Below are positions 12,900-23,245 of a stretch of DNA of 64,000 nt, in pieces. The stretch is from assembly GCF_016433145.1 (NCBI RefSeq), contig NC_058134.1, forward strand, positions 46,929,976-46,993,975, given 5' to 3'. The notes below the pieces were generated by a model. It was not told the DNA's origin and made no database searches. It worked only from the letters and a program-made list of their open reading frames with translations. Each line of letters opens with the position of its first letter. Positions within the stretch are counted from its first letter, which is position 1. Made by a program: the position numbers and the translations under genes. The stretch comes from Gracilinanus agilis (lineage: Eukaryota).

Positions 12900-13907
12900 A
12901 AATGCACATAAATCATCAGCATTTCTATACATTTCCAACACATTAGAACAGCAAGAGGTAGAAAGAGAAACACCATTTAAAATCACCCTAGACAATATAA
13001 AATACTTGGGAATCAATCTAACAAAACAAACACAGCTATTATACGAAAACAACTACAAAACACTTTCCAAACAAATAAAACTGGACCTTAACAATTGGAA
13101 AGCCATTAACTGTTCATGGGTAGGACGAGCTAACATAATAAAAATGAACATCCTACCCAAATTAATTTACCTATTTAGCGCCATACCTATCAAATTACCA
13201 AAAAAACTTCTTTACTGAATTAGGAAAAACTATAACAAATTTCATTTGGAATAACAAAAGATCAAGAATATCAAAGGAAATAATGAAAAAAAATGTGAAG
13301 GAAGGGGGCCTAGCAGTACCAGATATCAAACTATACTATAAAGCAGCAGTCATTAAATCAATATGGTACTGGCTAAGAGATAGAAGGGAGGATCAGTGGA
13401 ATAGACTCNNNNNNNNNNNNNNNNNNNNNNNNNNNNNNNNNNNNNNNNNNNNNNNNNNNNNNNNNNNNNNNNNNNNNNNNNNNNNNNNNNNNNNNNNNNN
13501 NNNNNNNNNNNNNNNNNNNNNNNNNNNNNNNNNNNNNNNNNNNNNNNNNNNNNNNNNNNNNNNNNNNNNNNNNNNNNNNNNNNNNNNNNNNNNNNNNNNN
13601 NNNNNNNNNNNNNNNNNNNNNNNNNNNNNNNNNNNNNNNNNNNNNNNNNNNNNNNNNNNNNNNNNNNNNNNNNNNNNNNNNNNNNNNNNNNNNNNNNNNN
13701 NNNNNNNNNNNNNNNNNNNNNNNNNNNNNNNNNNNNNNNNNNNNNNNNNNNNNNNNNNNNNNNNNNNNNNNNNNNNNNNNNNNNNNNNNNNNNNNNNNNN
13801 GGGAGAGCGGGGGGGGGGGGGGTGAAGGGGAAAGTAGGGGCACAAAGTATGTAAACAAGTTAAAAAGGAATATTAATAAATGTCTAATAAAAACAAAACA
13901 AAACAAA
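12900..13907 (+). mobile_element. Young 5'-truncated L1 (ORF2 RT/C-terminal part, gap, 3' end)
   Basis: Translates to YLGINLTKQ...[36 protein letters not shown] and [23 protein letters not shown]...DQWNR, typical of L1 ORF2. A-rich tail; 15-bp TSD AAAACTTAACCTATA at 12885-12899 and 13908-13922. Confidence 0.93.
13409..13800. other. Assembly gap (392 N) inside an L1
   Basis: N run. Confidence 1.
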
Positions 13908-14587
13908 AAAACTTAACCTATACACTGTGAGCCCAGCTGCAAGACTCAGTGAGGAAACCCTGCATCCTCCCAGGAGGAACTCTTTAATGACAAAGGCCTG
14001 TCACAAAATTCCCTGATGCCCCTCTCCGAGCCTCCTTTCTGCCCTAGAAAAAAACGAACAAGAAAAAAACAAAGCTCTATTAAGAAAGCTCCAGTCAAAC
14101 AAAAGGAATTCCCACATTGGCCATGTCTGAAAAGGCATCTTCTTCCCTTGACTGCCAAGAAGGGAGTAACCCACTTCATCAGTCCTCTGACATCCTAGTT
14201 GGTCATTCTATTGATCAGTGTTCTTGTTTTTCAAATTTGTCTTTGATTCTTGTTGTTGGGGGGAATCTCTTAAGATTGCCTATTAATGGGAGGGAGGCCA
14301 GGGAAGTGGTGTCCTGAGGTGGTTATTTTGGCATAGAAAGTTACAGGGATGGCGGACAAGTATTAATGAAGTAGAATCACACCTTCTCCAAGAGAAATGC
14401 ACCAGAACTAGTTAGTACAGTGGGGTAGTTTAAGGTTTTCAGGGCATAAACTGAATGGCAAAGGAGAGATACAGAAAAGGGGGCTCAAGGAAAATTTGAG
14501 GCGATCACTTTCAGTTGGATGGGGCAAACTTTCATGGAAGAGGTGGCCGAGAAAAGAGCTCATTCTATAAAGGGGATTGGTCTGAGA

Positions 14588-14791
14588 CAGTGATGGGCAA
14601 ACTACGGCCTGCGGGCCAGTGGCGGCCCTCTGAAATGTTCTATCGGGCTGCCCGACATTATTCCTAATCTGACAAATACAGCGAGTAGGATACAATACAA
14701 TGAAACTTCAAAAGAGTTGCCTTAGAAACAGACTGACAGAGGAGCATTTCCTTTTCTTTGGCCCCCTCTTTAAAAAGTTTGCCCATCACTA
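14588..14791. mobile_element. hAT (Charlie-type) MITE, 204 bp
   Basis: 16-bp TIR CAGTGATGGGCAAACT (15/16 match); 8-bp TSD GTCTGAGA/GTCTGAGG. Confidence 0.88.
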
Positions 14792-15387
14792 GTCTGAGGG
14801 GTTGGATGTAGGTCAAGTCCAGTATGAAATCACTGGATAGCTGTGACCAATCTGACTGGGCTGAAGTGACTCATTCAGGGCCAAATAGCCGGGTCTAAGC
14901 TGGGACTTGAACTCGGGTCTTCGTGAATCCAAGTCTAGCACTTGACTCTACCATTGTGTCTGTGACTTCACGCCAACTCTGAAATCATCATTGCTGAGTA
15001 GGTGAAATGCTTTGGGACTACCCAGAATAGGAATCGGCAGTAGCTATTGCTTTGACTCCTGCTCTGAGCTGCTCTTCTGGTGTACAATTATGAGAGTACT
15101 TTCCGTGACTCCTGCATGTGGTCCAAACCTCATCAATAAACATCAAACTGGGAAGCACAATGATTGGATGAGTTCATTAAGTTGATTTTGTAGCCATCAA
15201 TTTGCACAGGGAACCAAAAGGCATTCTTGAATATTTTGAATTACTAATAGTCTCACATATTCACTTGGCACCAATTCACATTTCCACAATCTGTCATGAT
15301 TTAAAGTTTACATCTGAGTGTTTCATATATATGCACTTTAGTTGGTAAAGGCTTCAAAGAAATTTCAGAAATATTATATTCTTGTAG

Positions 15388-15575
15388 TTTTTTTTTTTAA
15401 ACCCTTGTACTTCAGTGTATTGTCTCATAGGTGGAAGGTTGGTAAGGGTGGGCAATGGGGGTCAAGTGACTTGCCCAGGGTCACAGAGCTGGGAAGTGTC
15501 CGAGGCCGGATTTGAACCTAGGACCTCCTGTCTCTAGGCCCGACTCTCACTCCACTGAGCTACCCAGCTGCCCCC
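15388..15575 (-). mobile_element. Young SINE1_Mdo-type SINE
   Basis: Full head-to-tail copy; 17-bp TSD AGAAATATTATATTCTT at 15367-15383 and 15576-15592. Confidence 0.92.
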
Positions 15576-15959
15576 AGAAATATTATATTCTTAATAGAAG
15601 TCCATTAAGTCTAGAGCTCCCTCTGTCCTTCACCCCTCTTCCCACCCACTTCTCCCAAGGGTAAAAAAAAAATATCTAAGAAATCACTTATTGTTTAACT
15701 AATAGGTAAATTTTTTATAAGTCCTAATAAGGAATTCTAAGCAAGGCTTGAGAAACCAGGACATCATAAAGCTGTCTAAATAAGGGTAAATTATATTGAA
15801 CAAATTAATGCCATGTGGTTCTTCCATTTAGCACAACAAAATGCTTGGAGAAATTATACAATCAGCTTTCTAGCACAGCATCTGGCACAGAAAAAGCATT
15901 TAATGTTTGACTAAATCAAAGCATAGCTTTCCAGCCCTTCTATACATTAGGTTTCTATT

Positions 15960-16375
15960 TTTTTTTTTTTTTTATCCTGGGACTCCATTCTAGGAGCATA
16001 GGGCCACAACCAGTAGGCAATGGGACACACAGTCGCTCAGGGTCACCCAGCTGGGAAGTGTCTGAGCCCGGACTTGAACCTAGGACCTTTTCATCTCTAG
16101 GCCTGGCTCTCAATCCACTGAGCTAGCCCAGCTGCCCCTACTTTAGGTTGCAGTTTCTTTAGCAGATGTAGTTTTTACAGGGTGGGGTTGCTAGCCCCAC
16201 GCCCAACCCTCCTCCTTTTTTCATCCGGGCTAGGGACTGTCCTTGGCCCAGGAGTGGTAAGGGTGGGCAGTAGGGGTCAAGTGACTTGCCCAAGGTCACA
16301 CAGCTCAGACTTGAACCTAGGACCTCCAGTCTCTAGGCCTGGCTCTCAATCCACTGAGCCACTCAGCTGCCCTGG
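15960..16375 (-). mobile_element. Two further SINE1_Mdo-type copies (about 15960-16138 and 16230-16375)
   Basis: Repeated GGGTCAC.CAGCTGGGAAGTGTC...CTCTAGGCCTGGCTCTCAATCCACTGAGC blocks. Confidence 0.8.
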
Positions 16376-19276
16376 CCTATTGGCCAGGATATGAAGTTAT
16401 TTGGGTTAGCAGTGGTTTTAGGTGTAGATCTAATCACTTAAGTGTATCTGTCTTAAGCTGTTAAGTTCCAAAGTCACTGCCCAGAAAGATGTGAAATGTC
16501 CCAGTAGATCATTTTTTAAGTATATATGCTTGTATGCAAGAATCACATGGATTGTCCATTTGATTTTTTGCAAAGTTTGTGTGAAAATTACATTGGTTGA
16601 AATAGCCTGTGTACAAAAGGAGACCTTGATAAGAATGTGTATATGTAAAAACATTTGCAGCATGAAAATGTGATTGCATCATAAAAAGCTATCTTTTGTC
16701 ACCGTTCTATATTATTTATTTTCTTCCTATCATTCCATGTCATGTTCACTATTGGCACCAATAACATTATTGGTCACATTCAAATCTTATACAAGTCAGA
16801 TAGGTGTGAGGGAGCAGATGCATTTGGAACAGAATCAACTGACTATAAATTAATGGCTTAAGTTAGAATTCTCATAGAAACAATTTTAAATTGGGGTCCC
16901 CTGGTTAAGTCCATGAGATCTTTTCTAACCTATATTACCAAAATCCTACACTTATAAACATAAAACCACACTCATACCTCGTGTTTGCAAAAACATTTAA
17001 CTAGAACAGAGGCTCTGAAGACTTTCAGGTCCTGCTTCTTTATAAGTGCCATAGTTCAGTATTTTCATTCATTAGAACACCATTAACCGGAGACGTAGGA
17101 TGGCAAGAAGCGAGAGCTAGATTGGAGCCAAGATTTTCTAATATAACTGGGCAGAAATCTGTGGAGCAGGTTAAAGGATTTGTGCATACACATTAGAAAA
17201 AAATTTGCTTGAAATAACATGCAGTGCTGAAGTACCTCCTTCCTGACAATTCCCAAAATTGGCCACCAAGTGGTGGTGTTGACCCAGGAAAGCGCAGATG
17301 CAAGGTAAAGGCTGGGAGCTCAGGGAGCAGAGCTGGGTGGATGATTCTACCTCTACCCAGGCTATATTGGAATTTGGCCTTTTGGAATTATGGACAAGTA
17401 ACAAAACAGACCTTTCTGGTCATCTCAAGTGTTTGCTTTTCGTCTGGAACTGGTCAATACCCTTCATTCTTTGGTAGAGTTTAGCCGGGCATTTCATATG
17501 ATTTCAATCATTTTCACCTGACCTCTCCAGGTCCTCTTTGAACTCATTAACTCAATGAGCAAATTCCTACTTGGCTACCATTTTAAGAGAAAAGTAATGG
17601 TGTTTGAACCTTTCTAACAGCTGTCAAATTATTTTCTGTTAATTTTTCAATTAAGCCCTTTATACTCCCTTACTCTGTAAACTTTCAATTTAGCTTTTTA
17701 CTCCCTTTTGGGAGACTAGTTGGTAAAACAGAAATCAGCCTTATCCTTTGGGTTATTCCCTCTTCACCTAAGTTGCAGATGTCACATTTTGTGAATTAAT
17801 AATCATTGATTGCTATTATCCCTTTTTCAAGGTGCTGAGGGCTAATATTAGAGAAACTAATTTGATAGATGAAAACTCAAGTCCTTATAGCCTGCTCATG
17901 ACTTTGCTCTTTAGTTCAAATGTCAAATTACATAAAACCATCAAACATTATCTTTTAAGTCAGTATATTTCAATGCTTTACACCAAATTAAGATTTGGAA
18001 CTTTTGTGTGGAACTTATCATGAAACTTGTGACTCCTGTGCTTGTGCAAATGATTTTTGTTCGAATCCAAATGCCGCAAACAAATCAAAGCAGAAACCAG
18101 ATCTTTTCATCTCAAAGAAAAATCTGTTTTCATTTCAAATGTGTGGAAAACACTTATAATGAAAAAAGTGCAAAAAAAGTCCTCAAATACAGCTCAAAGA
18201 CCACTAATGTTATATATTATGATATACATGAAAATAAATACAACTCTCAGTTATTTAAAATGGACATATCACATTTATATGGCACATTACCAGACTGTTG
18301 ATTCCATAAGATTTTCCAAAGATGTTGACTACAATGCAAATTCCAAACTTAACTATAAAGTGAATAGTTAAGTCTTAGTTCTAATATTTTATTCCATTAA
18401 GGAAAACAAGACAGTGCCCCTCCCCGTTATAAAATCATGGGTGAACAGAATGAATTCATGGAGGCAAGTATATTTAGCAAGTATTATGGACATAGGTTCA
18501 GCTGGCACACAATGTGATAACATACATTTCACAGAACCATCTAATAAATCAAAATTGACTCACTATATTAATTTGACAAATATTTACCAGGCACCTACTA
18601 TGTATGTACACACCACTATGGAGAATACAAAAGCAAGGTCCCTGTCCTCAGTTTATTATTTAATAGCTTATACATTTGGGTCCAGTTGTTTTGGCTATTC
18701 TGCTTGAATACTGTGCAACTATATTAATTCCCTTGACAAAAACATCAAGGCTATTGTCTCCATTACAATTTATTAACTATGAAGAGGGACTGCATTTCTA
18801 GCATTTTAAATCATGCCCCACCCCCATCATGTTACTCTAATCCACACACCTCCAACTTATCTCATACTATTCCCAAGTTGATTCTCCTCTTTCCTCATTC
18901 AGAAGATTCTCTGCTTATTTTACTTTAAGGCATGAGCCATAAAATAGGTATTGGAGCAAAAGATTCACCCAAAGATGATATTAATTTCTTGACAGGAGCA
19001 CAATTCCAGTGACGACTTTTTAATTCACAAGGACCTGAATTGTGGCACTGATGATAAGATATAGTTCAGCTCTGTACTACACTTATACTATGTTCCAAGG
19101 ATTTTATTCAGTAAACAAGGAATGGTCATGGAATGTGCCATTATACTAGGGGAAGGGGAAGCAAACTCAAGAGTATTTAATGCTCCCATTTCCTTCAGTG
19201 CTCAGAGGATTAGCTTCCAATGTCACAATAAAGTTTAACTATTCTTCCTGGAAGTATTTGCTGAAGGAGAAATCCA

Positions 19277-19282
19277 TTTATT
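19277..19282 (-). terminator. Possible second (distal) AATAAA
   Basis: TTTATT on the plus strand, 105 nt beyond the first signal. Confidence 0.4.
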
Positions 19283-19381
19283 GAAAGTTTATATTAATAA
19301 AAAATTAAAAAAAAAGTGCTTGTAACTGGGTCTTGTTTAGACTTGGGAGCATAACTGCTCACAGAAGTGTTAAGAAGCTTT

Positions 19382-19387
19382 TTTATT
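19382..19387 (-). terminator. Proximal polyadenylation signal AATAAA of EIF1B
   Basis: TTTATT on the plus strand, with a U-rich tract (minus strand) at about 19315-19296 downstream. Confidence 0.75.
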
Positions 19388-19502
19388 GTTAAGCTGCAAC
19401 ATACATGGTTTAATACAACAAAAACATTTTAAGTGAAAAGTAATAAACTGAACAATAAACACTTGAAACAAAATACTTTCCATTGGAAATGTGTTAGGAT
19501 GA

Positions 19503-19647
19503 NNNNNNNNNNNNNNNNNNNNNNNNNNNNNNNNNNNNNNNNNNNNNNNNNNNNNNNNNNNNNNNNNNNNNNNNNNNNNNNNNNNNNNNNNNNNNNNNNN
19601 NNNNNNNNNNNNNNNNNNNNNNNNNNNNNNNNNNNNNNNNNNNNNNN
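19503..19647. other. Assembly gap (145 N) inside the EIF1B 3' UTR
   Basis: N run. Confidence 1.
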
Positions 19648-19711
19648 AGGTAGCCAATTCGGCTTAGAGAACAAAACTATTCAAGAAATTCTCCATGTGT
19701 TTTTGCTCATT

Positions 19712-19756
19712 TTAGAAACCATGAACCTTAAGCTGCTCCTCCTTGACAATGCCAAC
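19712..19756 (-). CDS. EIF1B: EIF1B coding exon 4 (VGIVKEEQLKVHGF*)
   Basis: Acceptor ...TTTTACAG; 45 nt including TAA at 19714-19712. The C-terminus LLEVGIVKEEQ is EIF1B-type (EIF1 has LVEIGLAKDDQ). Total 113 aa. Confidence 0.97.
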   Translation of the reverse strand, partial: VGIVKEEQLKVHGF

Positions 19757-20322
19757 CTGTAAAACAAAACACATTTTAGCAAGACTGTTTTCAGGAATAA
19801 ATTACCCTTCCCTAAAACAGTAGACTTAAAATTAAAAGGTATGAAAAGAATATTATTTAGTTGGATGTTTGGCAGAAAAGGTATTATCTGTGGAGCAAAT
19901 TCTTTTTATTTTAGTCATTAAATGTAATTTTCAAAGGCTAAATCTGTATTTAATGTATTTTATTTACATTTAGGAATAAGGACAGAACCATATTGGATCA
20001 GGGAATCAAATTTCTTCTACCAAAATCTTACAAACTATCATGATATATTTGGAGAATTCCGTTTATATTTATTACAAAATTGTTTTCAACTGAGAGAAAT
20101 AGGACCTTCAGACATTTCTGTAAAAAATAAGAAATGTTAGGCCATTTTAATGATGAATAGGCCATTAATCCTTCTGCCACTAAACTTCCATTCTCTATTA
20201 TTAGCTACTCAGGAACTGATTTATTTGATGTGCATCATTTTTATGATGCTAATTAACTGCAAATGTATAAATATGACTAGTATAAAGCTAAACACTGCTC
20301 TATTTTATCTGCAGTCACTCAC

Positions 20323-20424
20323 CTCCAGGAGGAACTGGCAAATGTTCTTTCTCTGGTCACCTTGAAGTTGGATAACCTCACCGTATTCAGGGTGTTCAAT
20401 CACAGTACCATTACAAGCAAATTT
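20323..20424 (-). CDS. EIF1B: EIF1B coding exon 3 (KFACNGTVIEHPEYGEVIQLQGDQRKNICQFLLE)
   Basis: Acceptor ...TTTTAACAG; 102 nt, phase 0; donor GTGAGT at 20322-20317. Translated by hand because the ORF track misses it. Confidence 0.98.
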
Positions 20425-20909
20425 CTGTTAAAACAGGTCCATATCTTAACAGCAGAGTCACTAACAATTACTAGTTTTAATACCACAACGTGAACAAAAA
20501 ATTCATTATAAGTATTACTTAATTTTAGTTTTATCTTATTTTAGTTTTGCGTTATATGAGAACACATTAAGATGGTAATTTATAAATGTTGGCAAAGTCC
20601 TTCAAAACAAAGTATGTAGATAATTAAAAAAAACTAAAGGATTAATTTTCACATAAAATAAGCAGGTAAGAAATTGTTTTTTTTTCCCTTTTTCCTAATT
20701 TAACCTGAGATACAGGCAGCAACTGAATATTTCTATGTTAATTTTAAGACTTCATATCTAATTTGCTGGAATTAGGCATTATACTAACACTTCGTTTATT
20801 CAAATTTGAGTAAACTATTAGCACATGATTTAAGAATTGAACAGAAAACTAGAATCCAGTTACTTGGATTCTTTACATTATTCTTTCCTATTAAGTCTAA
20901 CATCTGTAC

Positions 20910-21073
20910 CTTTTTGAAAGCTTTCACAAGTTTCTTTTTGTCATAATCATCTGCAATTCCCTGAACAGTGGTCAGTGTCTTTCTGCCGTTTCGTTGTTGG
21001 ATTCTTATATGAATGTAATCCTCAGTCCCTGCCGGGAGTAAGTCGTCACCCTTAGTTGCATCAGCAAAGGGGT
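20910..21073 (-). CDS. EIF1B: EIF1B coding exon 2 (DPFADATKGDDLLPAGTEDYIHIRIQQRNGRKTLTTVQGIADDYDKKKLVKAFKK)
   Basis: Acceptor ...TCCACAG at 21074; 164 nt; donor GTACAG at 20909. 31+164 nt = 65 codons. SUI1-domain sequence. Confidence 0.98.
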
Positions 21074-21594
21074 CTGTGGACACAAAATCAAGTCATAGAA
21101 AACTCAATTACCACACAATAATTAGTTGATAGCCCAGCCAAGTGAGCAAAGAATTTTCCAGTTGCTAGCCATTTTTGCTCTATCATAAGCTTCCCCTCCC
21201 CCAACATCAGCTTTAAGAGACATAGATGTAGTTTCATACTGAATCCCAAAATATCATTGATAAAACCAATTATACATAAAATCTAAAACATGATGGGGCA
21301 GTCGTCTAATTTTTTTTCTTCAGATTTCAAACAGTTTTCTTTTGGAGTAAAAGGAGAAAAGCACACTAGTTTCAAGAAATCACATTATAGCTACTAGAAG
21401 AAGCACCTTTGTATTATCCTTTGGAAAAAAAATCCTGCGTATAAACAAAAATACCTCAAGATTCTTTAAAAATACCCAATTTAAACTTGTGACTGTTCCT
21501 CAAAACAAATACATTATAGAAGCATAATCTGAGAAACACACACAACACGTACTGCCCTCCTCCTACCATATAGGTTAGGATCTATTTTTTCAAT

Positions 21595-21750
21595 TTTTAT
21601 TTTTTGCCCATACCTTCTATCTTGGACTGTTTCTAAAGCAGAAGTGCAGTAAGAGCCAGGCAATGGGGGCTAAGTGACTTGCCCAGGGTTACCCAGGTAG
21701 AAGTGTTAAGGAACCGAATTTGAACCCGGGTTCCTGGGCCCGGGGCGCCT
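21595..21750 (-). mobile_element. SINE in EIF1B intron 1 at the CpG-island edge
   Basis: GCAATGGGGGCTAAGTGACTTGCCCAGGGTTAC...ATTTGAACCC core. Confidence 0.7.
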
Positions 21751-22403
21751 CGCTGGCCCCTGCAGCCCTTCCTTCCAATGCTCTGCCCTTCCCCCAACTC
21801 AGTCGCCACAGCCTGACTGTAACGACTCCCAAACCCTTTGCTCGAAGGCACCAAGCAGTCCGCTTCCGTGGGAAGGAAAAGGGGGGCCAAGAGAACGCGG
21901 AGGGGATTCTGGCTCCACAGGTAGCCAAAGGGAGGGGCCGAGGCAGCCCCTGGGCAGGTGAGTTACCCCGAGTTAGGACATGGGGCCGCCAGGCTAGGAT
22001 CTGGCGCCCCCTCTCCAGCTCGAGGCCCCTGGCCAGCTTCGGGGCTGCCCAAGGTCACGCAGCTTTGGAACTCGGACCCCATCTCCAAGAGGGCCAAGGC
22101 GGGGTTAAGGATAGAAAGGGAAGCTCGAGGGGCCTGGGGTGGGGGGGTAGGGATACGGTTGGTAAAGAAGCATTAGGCGAGGGGGAAGCATACGGGCTAG
22201 GCGCGAGGGGAAGGGGTTTGGGGACGGTGACAGGCCGGTGTGGGCGGAGATAATGGGATAACTGACAGGGTAGGGGGCTCGGGAGTTCAGAGCGGGGGTC
22301 CGGACAGGGGTCCGCTCGCCGTCGGCCATTTTCTGGGCACAGACAGACAAAGCCAGGGGCGCCGCTAGGGTAACGGACGGCGGGGATCGGGAAAAATACT
22401 CAC

Positions 22404-22434
22404 CGAAAGATTGGAGGTTCTGGATAGTGGACAT
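22404..22434 (-). CDS. EIF1B: Eukaryotic translation initiation factor 1B, coding exon 1 (MSTIQNLQSF + 1 nt)
   Basis: ATG at 22434-22432; 31 coding nt, then a GTGAGT donor (22403-22398). The N-terminus MSTIQNLQSF matches EIF1B rather than EIF1 (MSAIQNLHSF). Confidence 0.97.
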
Positions 22435-22680
22435 GCGATATTAGTGAGAGGCCGGTGAGGGGATAAAATGCCTGCGGGGCGCGCCCGGGAGGACCTTGTG
22501 TCAGGAGGCTGTGGGGCGAGGAAGGTGAGATAAATAAAGGAGAGCTGGCGGCCGGGAGCGGAGCGGAGGCGGGCGGAGGGCGGCGACGGAGGCGGCGGGG
22601 CAGCGGCAGCGGGAGGCGGCAGAGGCAAGGAGCGGAGGAGACGCGAAAGAGGAGGCGGCGCTGCGGCTTCTCCCACAAAA
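22435..22680 (-). other. EIF1B: EIF1B 5' UTR (exon 1); TSS approximate
   Basis: GC-rich leader with no upstream AUG between 22680 and the start codon. TSS inferred about 25-30 nt below a TAAATA box at 22700-22695. Confidence 0.7.
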
Positions 22681-22832
22681 TGGCCGAACGCGACTATTTA
22701 GGCACGCTCTCCGCCCATCCCACGTGAGCGCCTCCGCGCTACGCCTCTTGGGACTTGTAGTCTTCTTGAGGCGTTATGAGCAGCGAGGTGCGCTCGCTGA
22801 CGCGGGCTGGAGGACCACAAATCCCGGCAGGC
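22677..22832. promoter_or_regulatory. EIF1B core/proximal promoter motifs
   Basis: YY1-like AAAATGGCCG 22677-22686; TAAATA (minus) 22695-22700; GC box CCGCCC 22711-22716; E-box CACGTG 22721-22726. Two ACTACAnnTCCC-type (ZNF143/THAP11) motifs at 22750-22762 (minus) and 22813-22825 (plus). Motif matches only. Confidence 0.6.
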
Positions 22833-23245
22833 ACTGCGCCCCTCCTCTCTCTGCTTCCCTCCCCCTTCCCGGTTCCCCTTCCCCCTCCCCCTCTCAGGCT
22901 CCTCAGGGATGCTTGGAAAGTTGCTCCTATCGCCTTACTGGAAAAATCCTTTCAGGGCAGAGTGAGCCCACCCTGACAGGGTCATAGTTTTAGAGCTTCC
23001 GTGGACCTCAGAAATAATTTTACAGAAAAGGAAACTGAGGCAGCAGGAAAGGAAATTACTTGTCCAATGTCATGCAGATAGTGGAAAAGCTGGTGTTCAA
23101 ACTCCCTATCTGTTCCATTTTCACATTAATTCAGTAATTCAATTCAACAAGCATTAAACACCATTTTGTGCTAAGAATGCCTTGATAAATTGCTTTATGA
23201 AATCCTCAGAAACCCCTGAATCACACTAGATAGGATTAATAGGCT

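Larger units (their letters stand above)
19360..19711 (-). other. EIF1B: EIF1B 3' UTR (interrupted by the N gap at 19503-19647)
   Basis: AU-rich sequence from the stop codon to the AATAAA at 19387-19382; cleavage site approximate. Confidence 0.75.
21720..22850. promoter_or_regulatory. CpG island covering the EIF1B promoter, exon 1 and proximal intron 1
   Basis: Abrupt rise in GC and CpG density against an otherwise CpG-depleted window; boundaries by eye. Confidence 0.9.

Noticed and set aside
11773-13906. Long ORFs spanning N runs (also 19370-19762 and 27383-27794)
   Set aside because: Length is inflated by X codons; only the L1 ORF2 parts are meaningful.
19712-22434. Calling the gene EIF1 and expecting GAST/keratin neighbours
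   Set aside because: The diagnostic residues (T3, Q8, T17, LLEVGIVKEEQ) are EIF1B-type. No gastrin or keratin exons were found. The human EIF1B neighbours I recall (MYRIP, ENTPD3) were not recognised either and probably lie outside the window.
22105-22434. 109-aa ORF from the EIF1B ATG
   Set aside because: It is simply exon 1 read through the GTGAGT donor into intron 1.
21633-22987. Multiple 66-177-aa Pro/Gly/Arg-rich ORFs
   Set aside because: Expected from stop-codon scarcity in a CpG island; no recognisable domain.
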